A stretch of 64,000 nucleotides of DNA from Gammaproteobacteria bacterium (lineage in GTDB: Bacteria > Pseudomonadota > Gammaproteobacteria > CBDBNL01 > JAAOII01). Both the position numbers and the translations under genes were made by a program. The first letter of the stretch is position 1; every line of letters begins with the position of its first letter. This document shows, piece by piece, positions 22,827 to 32,154 of this stretch. The stretch spans positions 544,001-608,000 of the forward strand of contig OZ242372.1 of assembly GCA_965209035.1 (NCBI GenBank), written 5' to 3'. The notes under the pieces are model-generated. The model was not told the DNA's origin. It worked only from the letters and a program-made list of their open reading frames with translations, and ran no database searches.

Positions 22827-25175
22827 ATGCCTAACATTACTCGCGAACAAAAAGAAAAATATCTGAAGCAATTATCCGCGGAGGAATTTAAGGCAAAGGT
22901 GATTCGTCCGCTTTTTGAAAAAATGGGCTACGGCAGCGGTAAAAACATTGACAGAAGTTCGCAAGATTCCGCGAGTGTTTTATTTATAGACAAGGACAGA
23001 TTGGAGGATATCAGAATTATTCGAGTGATCCCGCATCTCAAGAACATCAATATGGTCAAGACAAGCAAAGAAGAAGTGGAATCTCTAATTCAAACTGTTC
23101 GCTCCGCTTGGCAAGAAAACCTTCGTTTGGAAAATAGCAACAAGAAAGTTCACTGCGATGATATTATTATTTGTTCCACGGGAAAAATTAATGATAAGGC
23201 GGAAAACTATATCAAAAAACAGACAAGCGGTAAAGAACCGAGATTATTCGATTTACAGCGTCTGATCGGCTTAGTGGATAATCATTGCGAGGAGATATGG
23301 AAAAAAGTATCACCGGATGTCATTTTATATTACAACTTCTTGCGGGGTAACATTGAGCAAGACCTCAAAGATCCTTTGGCAACATCCGTGGATAACGAGC
23401 ATTATATTCATCTTAATCTCGGCAGACACATAGCCAAACCTAAAAAGATTGACGGGGAAATAAAACGAGTCCCCGAGTACACGAGTATTGAAGAAACGGA
23501 ACTTCTCCGGCAGAAACATCCAAAATGTATCATTCGCGGCGACGCTGGGATGGGTAAAAGCACTATTTTGCGGCGGTTGGTCTATCAGATTACTCAATAT
23601 TCTCTTCAGGATGAGGGGATGAAACCGATTTTGTTGCTGCCTCAAGATGTGGAAGTATTTGCCGATGCCGATGCGGATACTTTTGTTAAGAAGTGCGATG
23701 CTCATTTCAAAAAATGTATGAATCAACCCGAACAAGTATTCAGTCAGTCCGACTTTGAGCAAGGCAAGGTAGTTCTTTTAGCAGATGCTCTGGATGAAAT
23801 TGCGGATGACCGGCAAGAAAAATTTATAAAACTCCTCAATGAACTGTCTAAAAGATATCCAAAGGTCAAGATCATTTGCACATCAAGACCGGGACAACGC
23901 GAGAAAAAAATGGTTCGCGATGAAGGATATGTGCGGTATGATGTCTCTCATATCAGTTGGCGTCAGGCTCAAAAATTGCTTTCTATTATGAAAAAAGAAG
24001 GGGACCTCCCCCGGTCTATTGCTTCGGAAGTTCTGCGTCGGATCAACTCCATCCATGGCTTGGATCTCACGCCGCTTCTTGTTAAGGTTTTTGCGGCAAC
24101 TTTGACATACTCGCGTCAGGATATACCCGCAAACATTACCGAGTTGTTTAGCAAGTATACCGAACTGATGCTTGGCAGGTGGGATCAAGACAAGGGGTTT
24201 GAGCAGCAATATGAGGCAAACTTAAAGATTTTCCTAATGAAAAAATTGGCGGGATGGATGCATGACAACCGGGTCAGTCACATATCGGAATACAATTTCA
24301 AAAATATCATTGAAGAGGAGATGAAGTCGCGCGGCTACGAAATTAAAATAGAAGAGATTTGCACCGAAATGTTGGAACGATCCGGGCTATTGAAGCGGCG
24401 CGGCGATGCGATACTTTTTACACATCATTTGTTACAAGAATTTTTTGCCGGGATTGGTATATCGGACTTAGACAAAGATGAGATATTCAAAAAATTTGGC
24501 AACCGCTGGTGGACGCGCCCTTTGATGTTTTATTTCGGCAATCGACCGGACGCCATACACAGGCTGGAACAAGCACAAGAAAAAGTATCAACGCGTAAAA
24601 AGTTGGATCCCTATGAAGTTTCCTTGGCGATAGGATTATCATTACAAGCATGCTATCTTTCCGAAGTTTCTACAAGACTGGATATATGGAAAACATTGAT
24701 AAACAACATTGCTATGATCAGCACGCCCCAAGACAAATCTAAAGTTCTATTTCCTCTTTTTGATTCTATGTTCCCTTATGCTGTTTTGCGCGAAGCCGTC
24801 CCTTTGTCTGTCTTAAAAGATCCTTGGAATCAAGAGGAGCTAACCGAATGGTCAAAAACTGCGGATGAGGGTAAGTTTTGCTGGTTTCTCATCGCCTTGA
24901 TGGAAACCGGTTGTTTTGAGAAAGCACACCAACTCATTAAAAAAACAAAGAAATGGAAAAATTCGTTTTATCCGTTTATTTTGTATTGGCATTCCGGGTT
25001 TCTTATGAGGGTATCTGCAATCTCACCGGAACAAAAGAAAACGGTCAATTTAATACGCACCGAATTGGATAAAAGAAATGGTGTGGAATTAATGGAGTTT
25101 CGACGGGAAATTGTAAGAGAGATTGACACCTATTTTTCTTCACCCGATAAAAGCCTGAAAAATGATTCCAAATGA
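22827..25175 (+). CDS. NACHT/STAND NTPase with N-terminal degenerate restriction-endonuclease-like domain (alternative TTG start 22791)
   Basis: Walker A IRGDAGMGKST, Walker B VVLLADALDE, sensor ICTSR, TPLL, F.H..LQEFFA winged-helix motif. Confidence 0.85.
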   Translation: MPNITREQKEKYLKQLSAEEFKAKVIRPLFEKMGYGSGKNIDRSSQDSASVLFIDKDRLEDIRIIRVIPHLKNINMVKTSKEEVESLIQTVRSAWQENLRLENSNKKVHCDDIIICSTGKINDKAENYIKKQTSGKEPRLFDLQRLIGLVDNHCEEIWKKVSPDVILYYNFLRGNIEQDLKDPLATSVDNEHYIHLNLGRHIAKPKKIDGEIKRVPEYTSIEETELLRQKHPKCIIRGDAGMGKSTILRRLVYQITQYSLQDEGMKPILLLPQDVEVFADADADTFVKKCDAHFKKCMNQPEQVFSQSDFEQGKVVLLADALDEIADDRQEKFIKLLNELSKRYPKVKIICTSRPGQREKKMVRDEGYVRYDVSHISWRQAQKLLSIMKKEGDLPRSIASEVLRRINSIHGLDLTPLLVKVFAATLTYSRQDIPANITELFSKYTELMLGRWDQDKGFEQQYEANLKIFLMKKLAGWMHDNRVSHISEYNFKNIIEEEMKSRGYEIKIEEICTEMLERSGLLKRRGDAILFTHHLLQEFFAGIGISDLDKDEIFKKFGNRWWTRPLMFYFGNRPDAIHRLEQAQEKVSTRKKLDPYEVSLAIGLSLQACYLSEVSTRLDIWKTLINNIAMISTPQDKSKVLFPLFDSMFPYAVLREAVPLSVLKDPWNQEELTEWSKTADEGKFCWFLIALMETGCFEKAHQLIKKTKKWKNSFYPFILYWHSGFLMRVSAISPEQKKTVNLIRTELDKRNGVELMEFRREIVREIDTYFSSPDKSLKNDSK

Positions 25176-26403
25176 ATTAAAACAACTCGTCGAAAACGGT
25201 GAGAATTCCAAAGTTGAATTTAAAGACGATCAAGTAAACGGTGAGAATTTGGCACGTGCGATGGTCGCTTTTTTAAATTCCAACGGCGGGCGGATATTCT
25301 TAGGTGTTGAGGATAATGGCAACATCAAAGGTATGGTTATCACAAATAAGGCAATGGAAGAGAAAGTGATGAGTTGGGCTCACAATTTAATTCAACCGCA
25401 GTTCACCCCGAACTGGGAGACGGTGATGATGGGCAATGGCAAACGAGTAGCGATTATTGAGTTACCAAGCCAGGCACCGGACAAACCCTATAAAGCAAGG
25501 GTAGGCAAGGTATGGAAAATTTTCACAAGAAAGGGAAGTCAAATAAGAGAAGCATCCCGAGAAGAAGAAGCCCGCCTTTATTATGCTTCACCGATTGGCC
25601 ATCGTTATGAGACCAAACCTATTGTCGGCAGAAACCTAAAAGACCTGAGCATGGATAGGATAGAAACCTATTTTCGTAAGAGAGGCATTCCAAAATACCT
25701 GCCCCTCCAAAACAATACCAAACAATGGGAGTCCCTGCTAATGAATACCGACTATGCGGTAGAATTTAACCGGCAAGTAACTCCGAATGTGACGGGGATG
25801 CTATTATTTGGTGTGTCTCCATACCAGTTTATGAAGCAATCCGGTATGAGAATAGTTGCGTTCTCGAAGACGGAGAAAGATTATGATTACGAAGGAGATG
25901 ATTTTCGCAGTGCCCTGATACCCGTCCAAAAAGAAGACGGCGAGATCATAGAGCCGGGATTATTTGAGTTGGCATTGCAATTTATTAACCGATTTGTCCG
26001 GCGAAACCGCCTAAACAAAAAAACAGGAAGACGCGTAGAAGAAACAGATTATCCGGTAGAAGTGATTCGCGAAGTTTTGGCAAACGCAATCGTACATCGC
26101 GAGTATGCCCTTGTGCAACAAGAAATTCAAGTTCATATTTACTCCGATAGAATGGAAGTGATTTCACCGGGAGGACTGCCGGACGGCGTCACCGAAGAAA
26201 AGATAAGAAATGGTGTTACCGCAGCGCGTAACCCCACACTGCGAGATGCTATGAGCGCATTTGGATATGTCGATAAAATTGGTATGGGTATTCCCACAAA
26301 AATTATCAAGGGAATGCAAGAACATAACGGGACCGAACCCGAAATCATTCCCAAAGAGGACCTTTTTACTGTGCGTTTATTTAATCGGCATTCAGCCCGC
26401 TAA
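25162..26403 (+). CDS. Schlafen/AlbA_2 domain fused to HATPase-like (RecG C-terminal-like) domain
   Basis: GENSKVEFK, AFLNSNGGRIFLGVED; YPVEVIREVLANAIVHREY, SPGGLP, RNP, GYVDKIGMG. Confidence 0.88.
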   Translation: MIPNELKQLVENGENSKVEFKDDQVNGENLARAMVAFLNSNGGRIFLGVEDNGNIKGMVITNKAMEEKVMSWAHNLIQPQFTPNWETVMMGNGKRVAIIELPSQAPDKPYKARVGKVWKIFTRKGSQIREASREEEARLYYASPIGHRYETKPIVGRNLKDLSMDRIETYFRKRGIPKYLPLQNNTKQWESLLMNTDYAVEFNRQVTPNVTGMLLFGVSPYQFMKQSGMRIVAFSKTEKDYDYEGDDFRSALIPVQKEDGEIIEPGLFELALQFINRFVRRNRLNKKTGRRVEETDYPVEVIREVLANAIVHREYALVQQEIQVHIYSDRMEVISPGGLPDGVTEEKIRNGVTAARNPTLRDAMSAFGYVDKIGMGIPTKIIKGMQEHNGTEPEIIPKEDLFTVRLFNRHSAR

Positions 26404-26485
26404 CACAACACTTGTTTTCAAATATTTATGCTCCGTTTTAAGTTTTTAAGCACTCCGGGTGTTGCACCGGAAGGTTAAATTCACC

Positions 26486-26513
26486 TTCCTTGAATTTTAC
26501 AAAATTCAAGGAA
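26486..26513. terminator. Perfect 13 bp inverted repeat between convergent genes (terminator or protein-binding site)
   Basis: ttccttgaatttt-ac-aaaattcaaggaa. Confidence 0.45.
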
Positions 26514-26583
26514 ACATTTCACGGTGTTGCACTAATTACTTGAGTTCACAGTTCATTAATTCTGGCATTAATTACATCATTCT

Positions 26584-27789
26584 TTACTGCCAGCCGATTA
26601 AAGGATAATCCAATTTCTTGGCAAACGCAGAAAGATACTTTAACTTGAGTCCGGTTAAATCATAAATGTCCCGTGCCATAATGAAGCCACTTTGATAGGC
26701 ATCCAACACGCAGCGCGAAAAATATGTGCCACAGTGCTTAATAGCGGTATTTTCAGGCACAGTGATACCACCCGGCTGCTTATTATCAAACGGTCCGGGG
26801 GTATATTTATCAAGTAACTCCTCTAACTTATTTTGATCAATGAAGTGATTCTGCCGCGCTTGGACCGCCAGCATCTGACGACTCACTTTAATTTCATTTG
26901 CTATTTCTTCAATTTGTGTTCCTGCATCCTCTTGCCGCAACCATACCCGACCCAACCAATCGCTTGGAGCAATCACTTCGGCCGCCACCCTGTTACACCA
27001 TCGCTCTTTTTGCCGAACCTCCTTATCCGCAATATCTTCGTAATACTGACTGCGAAAATTGATAACCGACACAGCGGTATCGCCCAACAACAAATGTGCC
27101 AATTCATGCATCAATGTAAAAATAGAGCGAGCACTTCTAAGCTTCCTCCCCGGATTAAGTAAAATCACAGGGGCTATTTCATCCGGAATTGCAAGCCCGT
27201 CATATTCCTCGGAAGTAATCTTATAACTTTTGTGTGTGTCATTTGTTAGCACCGGAATACCTCTCTTCTCAACGGCATCACGCCACAGATCAAAAGCATC
27301 TTCAACACTGCCACAACCCCGCACAGTTTCAACTGTTACACCCAACCACTCCCGGATCCTAAACGCCGACTCAGCCGGCGTAAGAGTCATATCGGCAGCA
27401 AACGGCTGGGCAAAATTCTTTTGGCCGGTTTCTCGTAAATAGTCTCTTAACCAACGCTGCCGCATGCGTGCCTCTCTGATAGCAAAACGCAAATTGGGTA
27501 AATAAGGTTTTTTCTGTTCATCACGCCTAAAATCAAGCGGCAATTCATCCGGCAGTTCCGCGGGCAATTCTTTCAAACAAAAAAGAATATAAAACACACG
27601 ATACTTCGTGGCAAGTTTTTTTGCTTCAGTTAAAGTGGGTCGCTCCTTCCCGCTTTCCCAAGAGCGAATTTTTTCCGCAGCATCCTTCACTCCGGACAAC
27701 GACACATCTTCCGGCCGCCCATAACCCACTCTTTCCCGTATCCCCTTCAAAGTAGAAGGAACGACAGGAAGTATCACCCTGGCAGACAC
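26584..27789 (-). CDS. XRE-HTH + ImmA/IrrE family metallopeptidase
   Basis: WESGKERPTLTEAKKLA; DFR; FTLMHELAHLLL; ERWCNRVAAE. Confidence 0.9.
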   Translation of the reverse strand: MSARVILPVVPSTLKGIRERVGYGRPEDVSLSGVKDAAEKIRSWESGKERPTLTEAKKLATKYRVFYILFCLKELPAELPDELPLDFRRDEQKKPYLPNLRFAIREARMRQRWLRDYLRETGQKNFAQPFAADMTLTPAESAFRIREWLGVTVETVRGCGSVEDAFDLWRDAVEKRGIPVLTNDTHKSYKITSEEYDGLAIPDEIAPVILLNPGRKLRSARSIFTLMHELAHLLLGDTAVSVINFRSQYYEDIADKEVRQKERWCNRVAAEVIAPSDWLGRVWLRQEDAGTQIEEIANEIKVSRQMLAVQARQNHFIDQNKLEELLDKYTPGPFDNKQPGGITVPENTAIKHCGTYFSRCVLDAYQSGFIMARDIYDLTGLKLKYLSAFAKKLDYPLIGWQ

Positions 27790-27862
27790 AGAATATTACC
27801 TATACCGGCACTCGATAAAATCTTATTTTTACTTGGAAAAAATAAGATGCGTTTATCTGTTC

Positions 27863-28228
27863 TTACTCTGCTGCCGGCTTATCCGACCAAACGGCATATT
27901 CGTTGCCGTTCGGGTCGCAGAAGTGAAACCGCCGACCGCCCGGGAACGAAAAGACCGGCTTGACAATCTCGCCGCCGGCTTTCACAACCTTTGCTTCGGT
28001 GCATTCCAGATCCTCGCTGTAAAACACCACCAAAGCGGCGCCTTGATCGGCATCGGAGCATTTGTCATCGCGATAAAACCCACCGTCCAGCACTCCGTCC
28101 GAAAACGCCAGGTAGTCTTCACCATAAGCGGTGAAGGACCAGCCGAACACCTCGTCAAAAAACTTTTGCGCTAACTTCAAGTCCTTGGCGGGGAATTCCA
28201 CATAGTTAATTTTTTCGTGTTTGTTCAT
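27863..28228 (-). CDS. VOC/glyoxalase family protein
   Basis: INYVEFPAKDL, FGWSF..YG, FPGGRRFHFCDPNGNEYAVWS. Confidence 0.93.
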   Translation of the reverse strand: MNKHEKINYVEFPAKDLKLAQKFFDEVFGWSFTAYGEDYLAFSDGVLDGGFYRDDKCSDADQGAALVVFYSEDLECTEAKVVKAGGEIVKPVFSFPGGRRFHFCDPNGNEYAVWSDKPAAE

Positions 28229-28369
28229 ACTGTTATTTTACTCCCAATCGGCTCGTTTGAATTCCAATTAGCCCGGTTCGCCTCGCTTCTGTTCCCCCTG
28301 CTACTCCTGTTGTCCGCCGCGCACATCAAAGAACTGCCAATCAAAACCGCCCCCGAACCGCTTCTCGCT

Positions 28370-28470
28370 TCGCACACAATCTGCCTTACATACGGAATGT
28401 TGCCCGCCAGGGATGCACTTCTATCGAAACAAGCGACATACATACCGGAACGGTTTCCAATGCCCACATT
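28370..28470 (-). pseudogene. Degenerate copy of the GIY-YIG N-terminus of the upstream gene
   Basis: NVGIGNRSGMYVACFDRSASLAGNIPYVRQ vs NYGIENRSGIYVVCFDGSAPLAGNVLYVGQ (30480-30580). Confidence 0.75.
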
Positions 28471-30634
28471 ATTTGTCCTTAAAGGACGAAGACCGGCGGC
28501 TACCGTCCCGCGACGGTCTTGCCGAACCGGAGCCAGCATCTCTTTCCCTATCACTACCCTTAAAAGATGAAGACCGGCGGCTACCGTCCCGCGACGGTCT
28601 TGCCGAACCGGAGCCATAACCTCTATCTCTACCTCCAAACGACGAAGACCTACTGCCACCTTCCCGCGGCGGTCTCGCTGAACCGGAACCATAACCTCTG
28701 TCACTGCCCTTAAAGGACGAAGACCGACTGCCACCTTCCCGCGGCGGTCTCGCCGAACCGGAGCCATAACCCCTATCACTACCTTTAAAGGACGAAGACC
28801 TGCGGGCACCATCCCGCGGCGGTCTTGCCGAACCAGAACCAGCATCTCTGTCCCTGTCTCTGTCACCACCTCTAAATGACGAAAACCGACCGCCACCATC
28901 TCGCGGCGGTCTCGCCGAACCGGAGCCATAACCCCTATCACTCCCTTTAAAGGACGAAGACCGGCGAGCACCGTCCCGCGGTGGTCGCGCCGAACCGGAG
29001 CCATAACCCCTATCACTACCCTTAAAGGACGAAAACCGACCGCCACCTTCCCGCGACGGTCTTGCCGAACCAGAACCAGCATCTCTGTCCCTGTCTCTGT
29101 CGCCGCCCCTAAATGACGAAAACCGACCGCCACCGTCCCGCGACGGTCTTGCCGAACCGGAGCCATAACCCCTATCACTACCCTTAAAGGACGAAAACCG
29201 ACCGCCACCTTCCCGCGGTGGTCTCGCCGAATCGGAACCCGAACCATAATCTCTATCTCTAAACGACGAATACCTACTGCCACCTTCCCGCGGAGGTCGC
29301 GCCGAACCGGAACCATAACCCCTATCACTACCTTTAAAGGACGAAGACCTACTGCCACCTTCCCGCGGAGGTCTCGCCGAACCGGAACCATAATCCCTGT
29401 CTCTATCACCACCCCTAAATGATGAAGACCTACTGCCACCATCTCGCGGAGGTCTTGCCGAACCGGAACCAGCATCTCTGTCCCTGTCTCTATCACCACC
29501 CCTAAACGACGAATACCTACTGCCACCTTCCCGTGGCGGTCTCGCCGAACCAGAACCATAATCCCTGTCTCTATCACCACCCCTAAATGATGAAGACCTA
29601 CTGCCACCATCCCGCGGAGGTCGCGCCGAACCGGAACCATAACCCCTATCACTACCTTTAAAGGACGAAGACCTACTGCCACCTTCCCGTGGCGGTCTTG
29701 CCGAACCAGAACCATAATCCCTGTCTCTATCACCACCCCTAAATGACGAAGACCTACTGCCACCATCTCGCGGAGGTCTCGCCGAACCGGAACCGGAGCC
29801 ATAACCCCTATCACTACCTTTAAAGGACGAAGACCGACGGCCACCGTCCCGCGGCGGTCTTGCCGAACCGGAACCGGAGCCATAACCCCTATCTCTACCT
29901 TTAAAGGACGAAGACCCCCGGCTACTATCCCGCGGCGGTCGCGCCGAACCGGAACCGGAACCATAATCCCTATCTCTGTCACCACCCTTAAACGATGAAG
30001 ACCCGCTGCTACCGTCCTCCGGCTGTTTGACGGAGCCGGATCCATCACCACTATCCTCAAATGACGAATACCGGCGGCTACCGTCCTCCGGCTGTTGGAA
30101 CGATGAATATCTGCGGCTACCGTCTTCCGGCTGCCGGAATGTTGAATACCTACGGCCACCGCCCTGCGAACTGAAAGATTGTTTACCCATCGGTTCGTCC
30201 GGATTCTCTTGCCCGTCACGCCCAAAGGACCGGCGGCTATCGCCCCCTCGCTGTTGGACCGAGCCGAACTCATCATCCCCAAACAATGAGGACCGGCGGC
30301 TATCGCCCCCCGGACCGGAAGATTGTTTATTAAGAAGCGGACGAAATTTTTGAGTTAGAAGTTTTTCCGTTTCGTCTCTCGTGTTATCGTCATCTTCATA
30401 AATAATCCAAATGGAATAGGACCCTTTACACTGCCTCAACATTCCATCGCTTTCGTGTTCTTCCAAACGAACAAGAACATCAACAGATTGCCCCACATAC
30501 AGAACATTGCCTGCCAGTGGCGCACTTCCATCGAAACAAACGACATAAATACCGGAACGGTTTTCAATGCCATAATTCTTTGCTCCCAATCTATAAGGAC
30601 CTTGGGGGGAGGGTATATCGTATATTTGCATCAT
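28469..30634 (-). CDS. GIY-YIG nuclease-like domain fused to ~600 aa Arg/Gly/Ser/Asp low-complexity repeat tail (start corrected to MMQIYD)
   Basis: SGIYVV...VLYVGQS.DV..RLEEH...ETEKLL..FRPLLN; 19 GSARP repeat units. Confidence 0.8.
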   Translation of the reverse strand: MMQIYDIPSPQGPYRLGAKNYGIENRSGIYVVCFDGSAPLAGNVLYVGQSVDVLVRLEEHESDGMLRQCKGSYSIWIIYEDDDNTRDETEKLLTQKFRPLLNKQSSGPGGDSRRSSLFGDDEFGSVQQRGGDSRRSFGRDGQENPDEPMGKQSFSSQGGGRRYSTFRQPEDGSRRYSSFQQPEDGSRRYSSFEDSGDGSGSVKQPEDGSSGSSSFKGGDRDRDYGSGSGSARPPRDSSRGSSSFKGRDRGYGSGSGSARPPRDGGRRSSSFKGSDRGYGSGSGSARPPRDGGSRSSSFRGGDRDRDYGSGSARPPREGGSRSSSFKGSDRGYGSGSARPPRDGGSRSSSFRGGDRDRDYGSGSARPPREGGSRYSSFRGGDRDRDRDAGSGSARPPRDGGSRSSSFRGGDRDRDYGSGSARPPREGGSRSSSFKGSDRGYGSGSARPPREGGSRYSSFRDRDYGSGSDSARPPREGGGRFSSFKGSDRGYGSGSARPSRDGGGRFSSFRGGDRDRDRDAGSGSARPSREGGGRFSSFKGSDRGYGSGSARPPRDGARRSSSFKGSDRGYGSGSARPPRDGGGRFSSFRGGDRDRDRDAGSGSARPPRDGARRSSSFKGSDRGYGSGSARPPREGGSRSSSFKGSDRGYGSGSARPPREGGSRSSSFGGRDRGYGSGSARPSRDGSRRSSSFKGSDRERDAGSGSARPSRDGSRRSSSFKDK
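28480..29990 (-). repeat. Coding tandem repeat, 19 units of ~23-29 codons, GSGSARPPR(D/E)GG(S/G)R(S/F/Y)SSF(K/R)G(S/G)DR(GY/DRDY/DRDRDA)
   Basis: Counted SARP motifs in translation; gccgaacc(g/a)ga recurs on + strand. Confidence 0.95.
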
Positions 30635-30727
30635 TAAATATGTATATTGATTTTTAATAAAAGTTCGGCACCGGTCGGGAAAGGATTCAGAGAAAGAGAA
30701 CACTCCCGCCAACCCGTCCCGATTTTG

Positions 30728-31071
30728 CCTCTCGCCACAAAACGGTATAAAGATAGCATAAAGGCGGCACAAAACGGCATCAATGGCTTCCGCATTGCCG
30801 GTGCCATACCATCTCTCTTCACCCGGTCATTGTCATAATAAACACAGATATTCGGCACACGAGATGCCCCCCCGTTGCGTTTCCAACTGCCTTCACGACC
30901 ACAAGCATGCAAACGATCCGCGCGTGTCCCGGCTTGGCCTGCATCCGCAACTTGTGTTGCTTCGTCATCACAGGCACTACAGACAATACAGGCACCCGGG
31001 TAATTCCCGGTGGCATGACTATCCTTTGAAACAGGTTCTCCAAAAGAATTGCCTAATGAATTGCGTAGCAT
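30728..31071 (-). pseudogene. Decayed paralog of the small GIY-YIG-like protein at 46767-47072
   Basis: SFGEPVSKDS..GNYPGA...VADAGQAGTRADRL...REGSWKRNG..NICVYY vs SFEGPFQKDS..GNQPGV...VVDVGQSETLADRL...REDCWKQNG..NIYVYY; terminal PFCGER lies in another frame. Confidence 0.75.
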
Positions 31072-31289
31072 TTGTTTATCGTCTTCAAACATATTGATAT
31101 CTTTATCCCATCTTGGTCCCATCCCGCCAAATTTGGGGCTTGTTCTATTGAGAACTAAAGCGGAGGGAATAATGTGTGAACATAACGGGGATACTAAAAT
31201 TATACCGCAGAAGCCAGTCAACAAATGCGGATTTGAGCGCAAGAATACTCTTAAACAAAAGATGTCGCACAACAGTCAAAGAATTCCCC

Positions 31290-31460
31290 CCAAGGCACTT
31301 AGGCACTTATTAAGAAGCGCGATTCCGCCTTCCACAACAACCCGATAACAATGCCAGCCGAACTCACCGCCGTTACAGACGAGTTGTTTTTGTTCGGGTG
31401 AGAACCCCCCGCAATTCTGAACGCAGGTAAATAGCCGGGCTGCGCCGGCGGAACCGCCAG
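31290..31460 (-). mobile_element. Highly decayed IS481-like integrase-core fragment
   Basis: AARLFTCVQN...NGGEF..H..RVV parallels ARLFTVRQN...DNGSEFAKDFHRVV at 31950-32100. Confidence 0.5.
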
Positions 31461-31578
31461 AGGTATCGGCAGCAGCCGGCGATATGCAAGAAAACAAGCC
31501 CATACCGACATGCAAACAGATACGCCGACCACGGATAATGCGGGCGACCCTATCAAGCCTTAATCACTTTGCTTTATT

Positions 31579-31671
31579 AAAATTAAAAAAATGCCGAGCA
31601 TCCGGGAGGGAAACATAATGAATCAAAATACCCCCCCCAAACGCCCGGCAAAATCATTACAACACCCGGCT
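31579..31671. repeat. ~90 bp dispersed repeat (MITE/IS end-like), copy 1
   Basis: aaaaaaatgccgagcatccg..agggaaac...ccaaacgcccggcaaaatcattacaacacccggct, also at 36518-36605. Confidence 0.8.
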
Positions 31672-31689
31672 GACTGGATATGTATAGTC

Positions 31690-32110
31690 TGTATGCTCCC
31701 ACCCATTCCCGGACTTTTTTTGTTTTTGCAAAAATTGGATCGGCGAGAGTTGTTTGTGGGCATAATGAGGGCACTCGCGATGATACCAAGCCAACCATGC
31801 GATGAGTTTGGCTTGAATGCCGGCAGATCCTTAAACAGGAGATGCCGCATAGGACAACCGAACTATTCCCCCAAGGTTATTTTTTAAGGAGCGCAATTAA
31901 ACCGTTCGCAGTGTGCATTCATTTGCGATTTCTCCAAAAAACAACATAGCATAGGCATACCAGTGTCTGCTGCCGTTTGCGGTCACGACCCGGTGAAAGT
32001 CTTTGGCGAACTCACTGCCATTGTCGGGGAGGGCTTTTTCGATCCGAGTGCCGAGTATGTTTTGCCTAACGGTAAAGAGCCGGGCGGAACGGGCCGCAGC
32101 GGCCAAACGA
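31690..32110 (-). mobile_element. IS481-family transposase remnant (frameshifted C-terminal half and right end)
   Basis: DNGSEFAKDF (rve core); LLFKDLPAF/AKLIAWLAWYHRECPHYAHKQLSPIQFL...GWEHT; 5'-TGT terminus. Confidence 0.75.
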
Positions 32111-32154
32111 GATCTCAGTCTGCTTCTTGCTTTTGCTTGCCCGCTGCTGAAAGT

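Noticed and set aside
22740-26545. cggtg(t/c)tgcac motif at 22741, ~26457 and 26522 as element termini around the NACHT-Schlafen pair
   Set aside because: Same orientation, short, and no target-site duplication identified
28480-29990. Possible CRISPR array
   Set aside because: Segments between the constant motifs are themselves repeats, lengths vary in codon multiples within an open frame, and there are no cas genes in the window
28225-30282. 685 aa alternative-frame ORF over the repeat
   Set aside because: Openness is expected from a stop-free repeat unit; it only runs into the decayed GIY-YIG copy, and synonymous variation favours the other frame
28370-30580. DGR template/variable repeat pair (the two GIY-YIG N-terminal copies)
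   Set aside because: Hand alignment shows mismatches at all base types, not adenine-specific; no reverse transcriptase in the window
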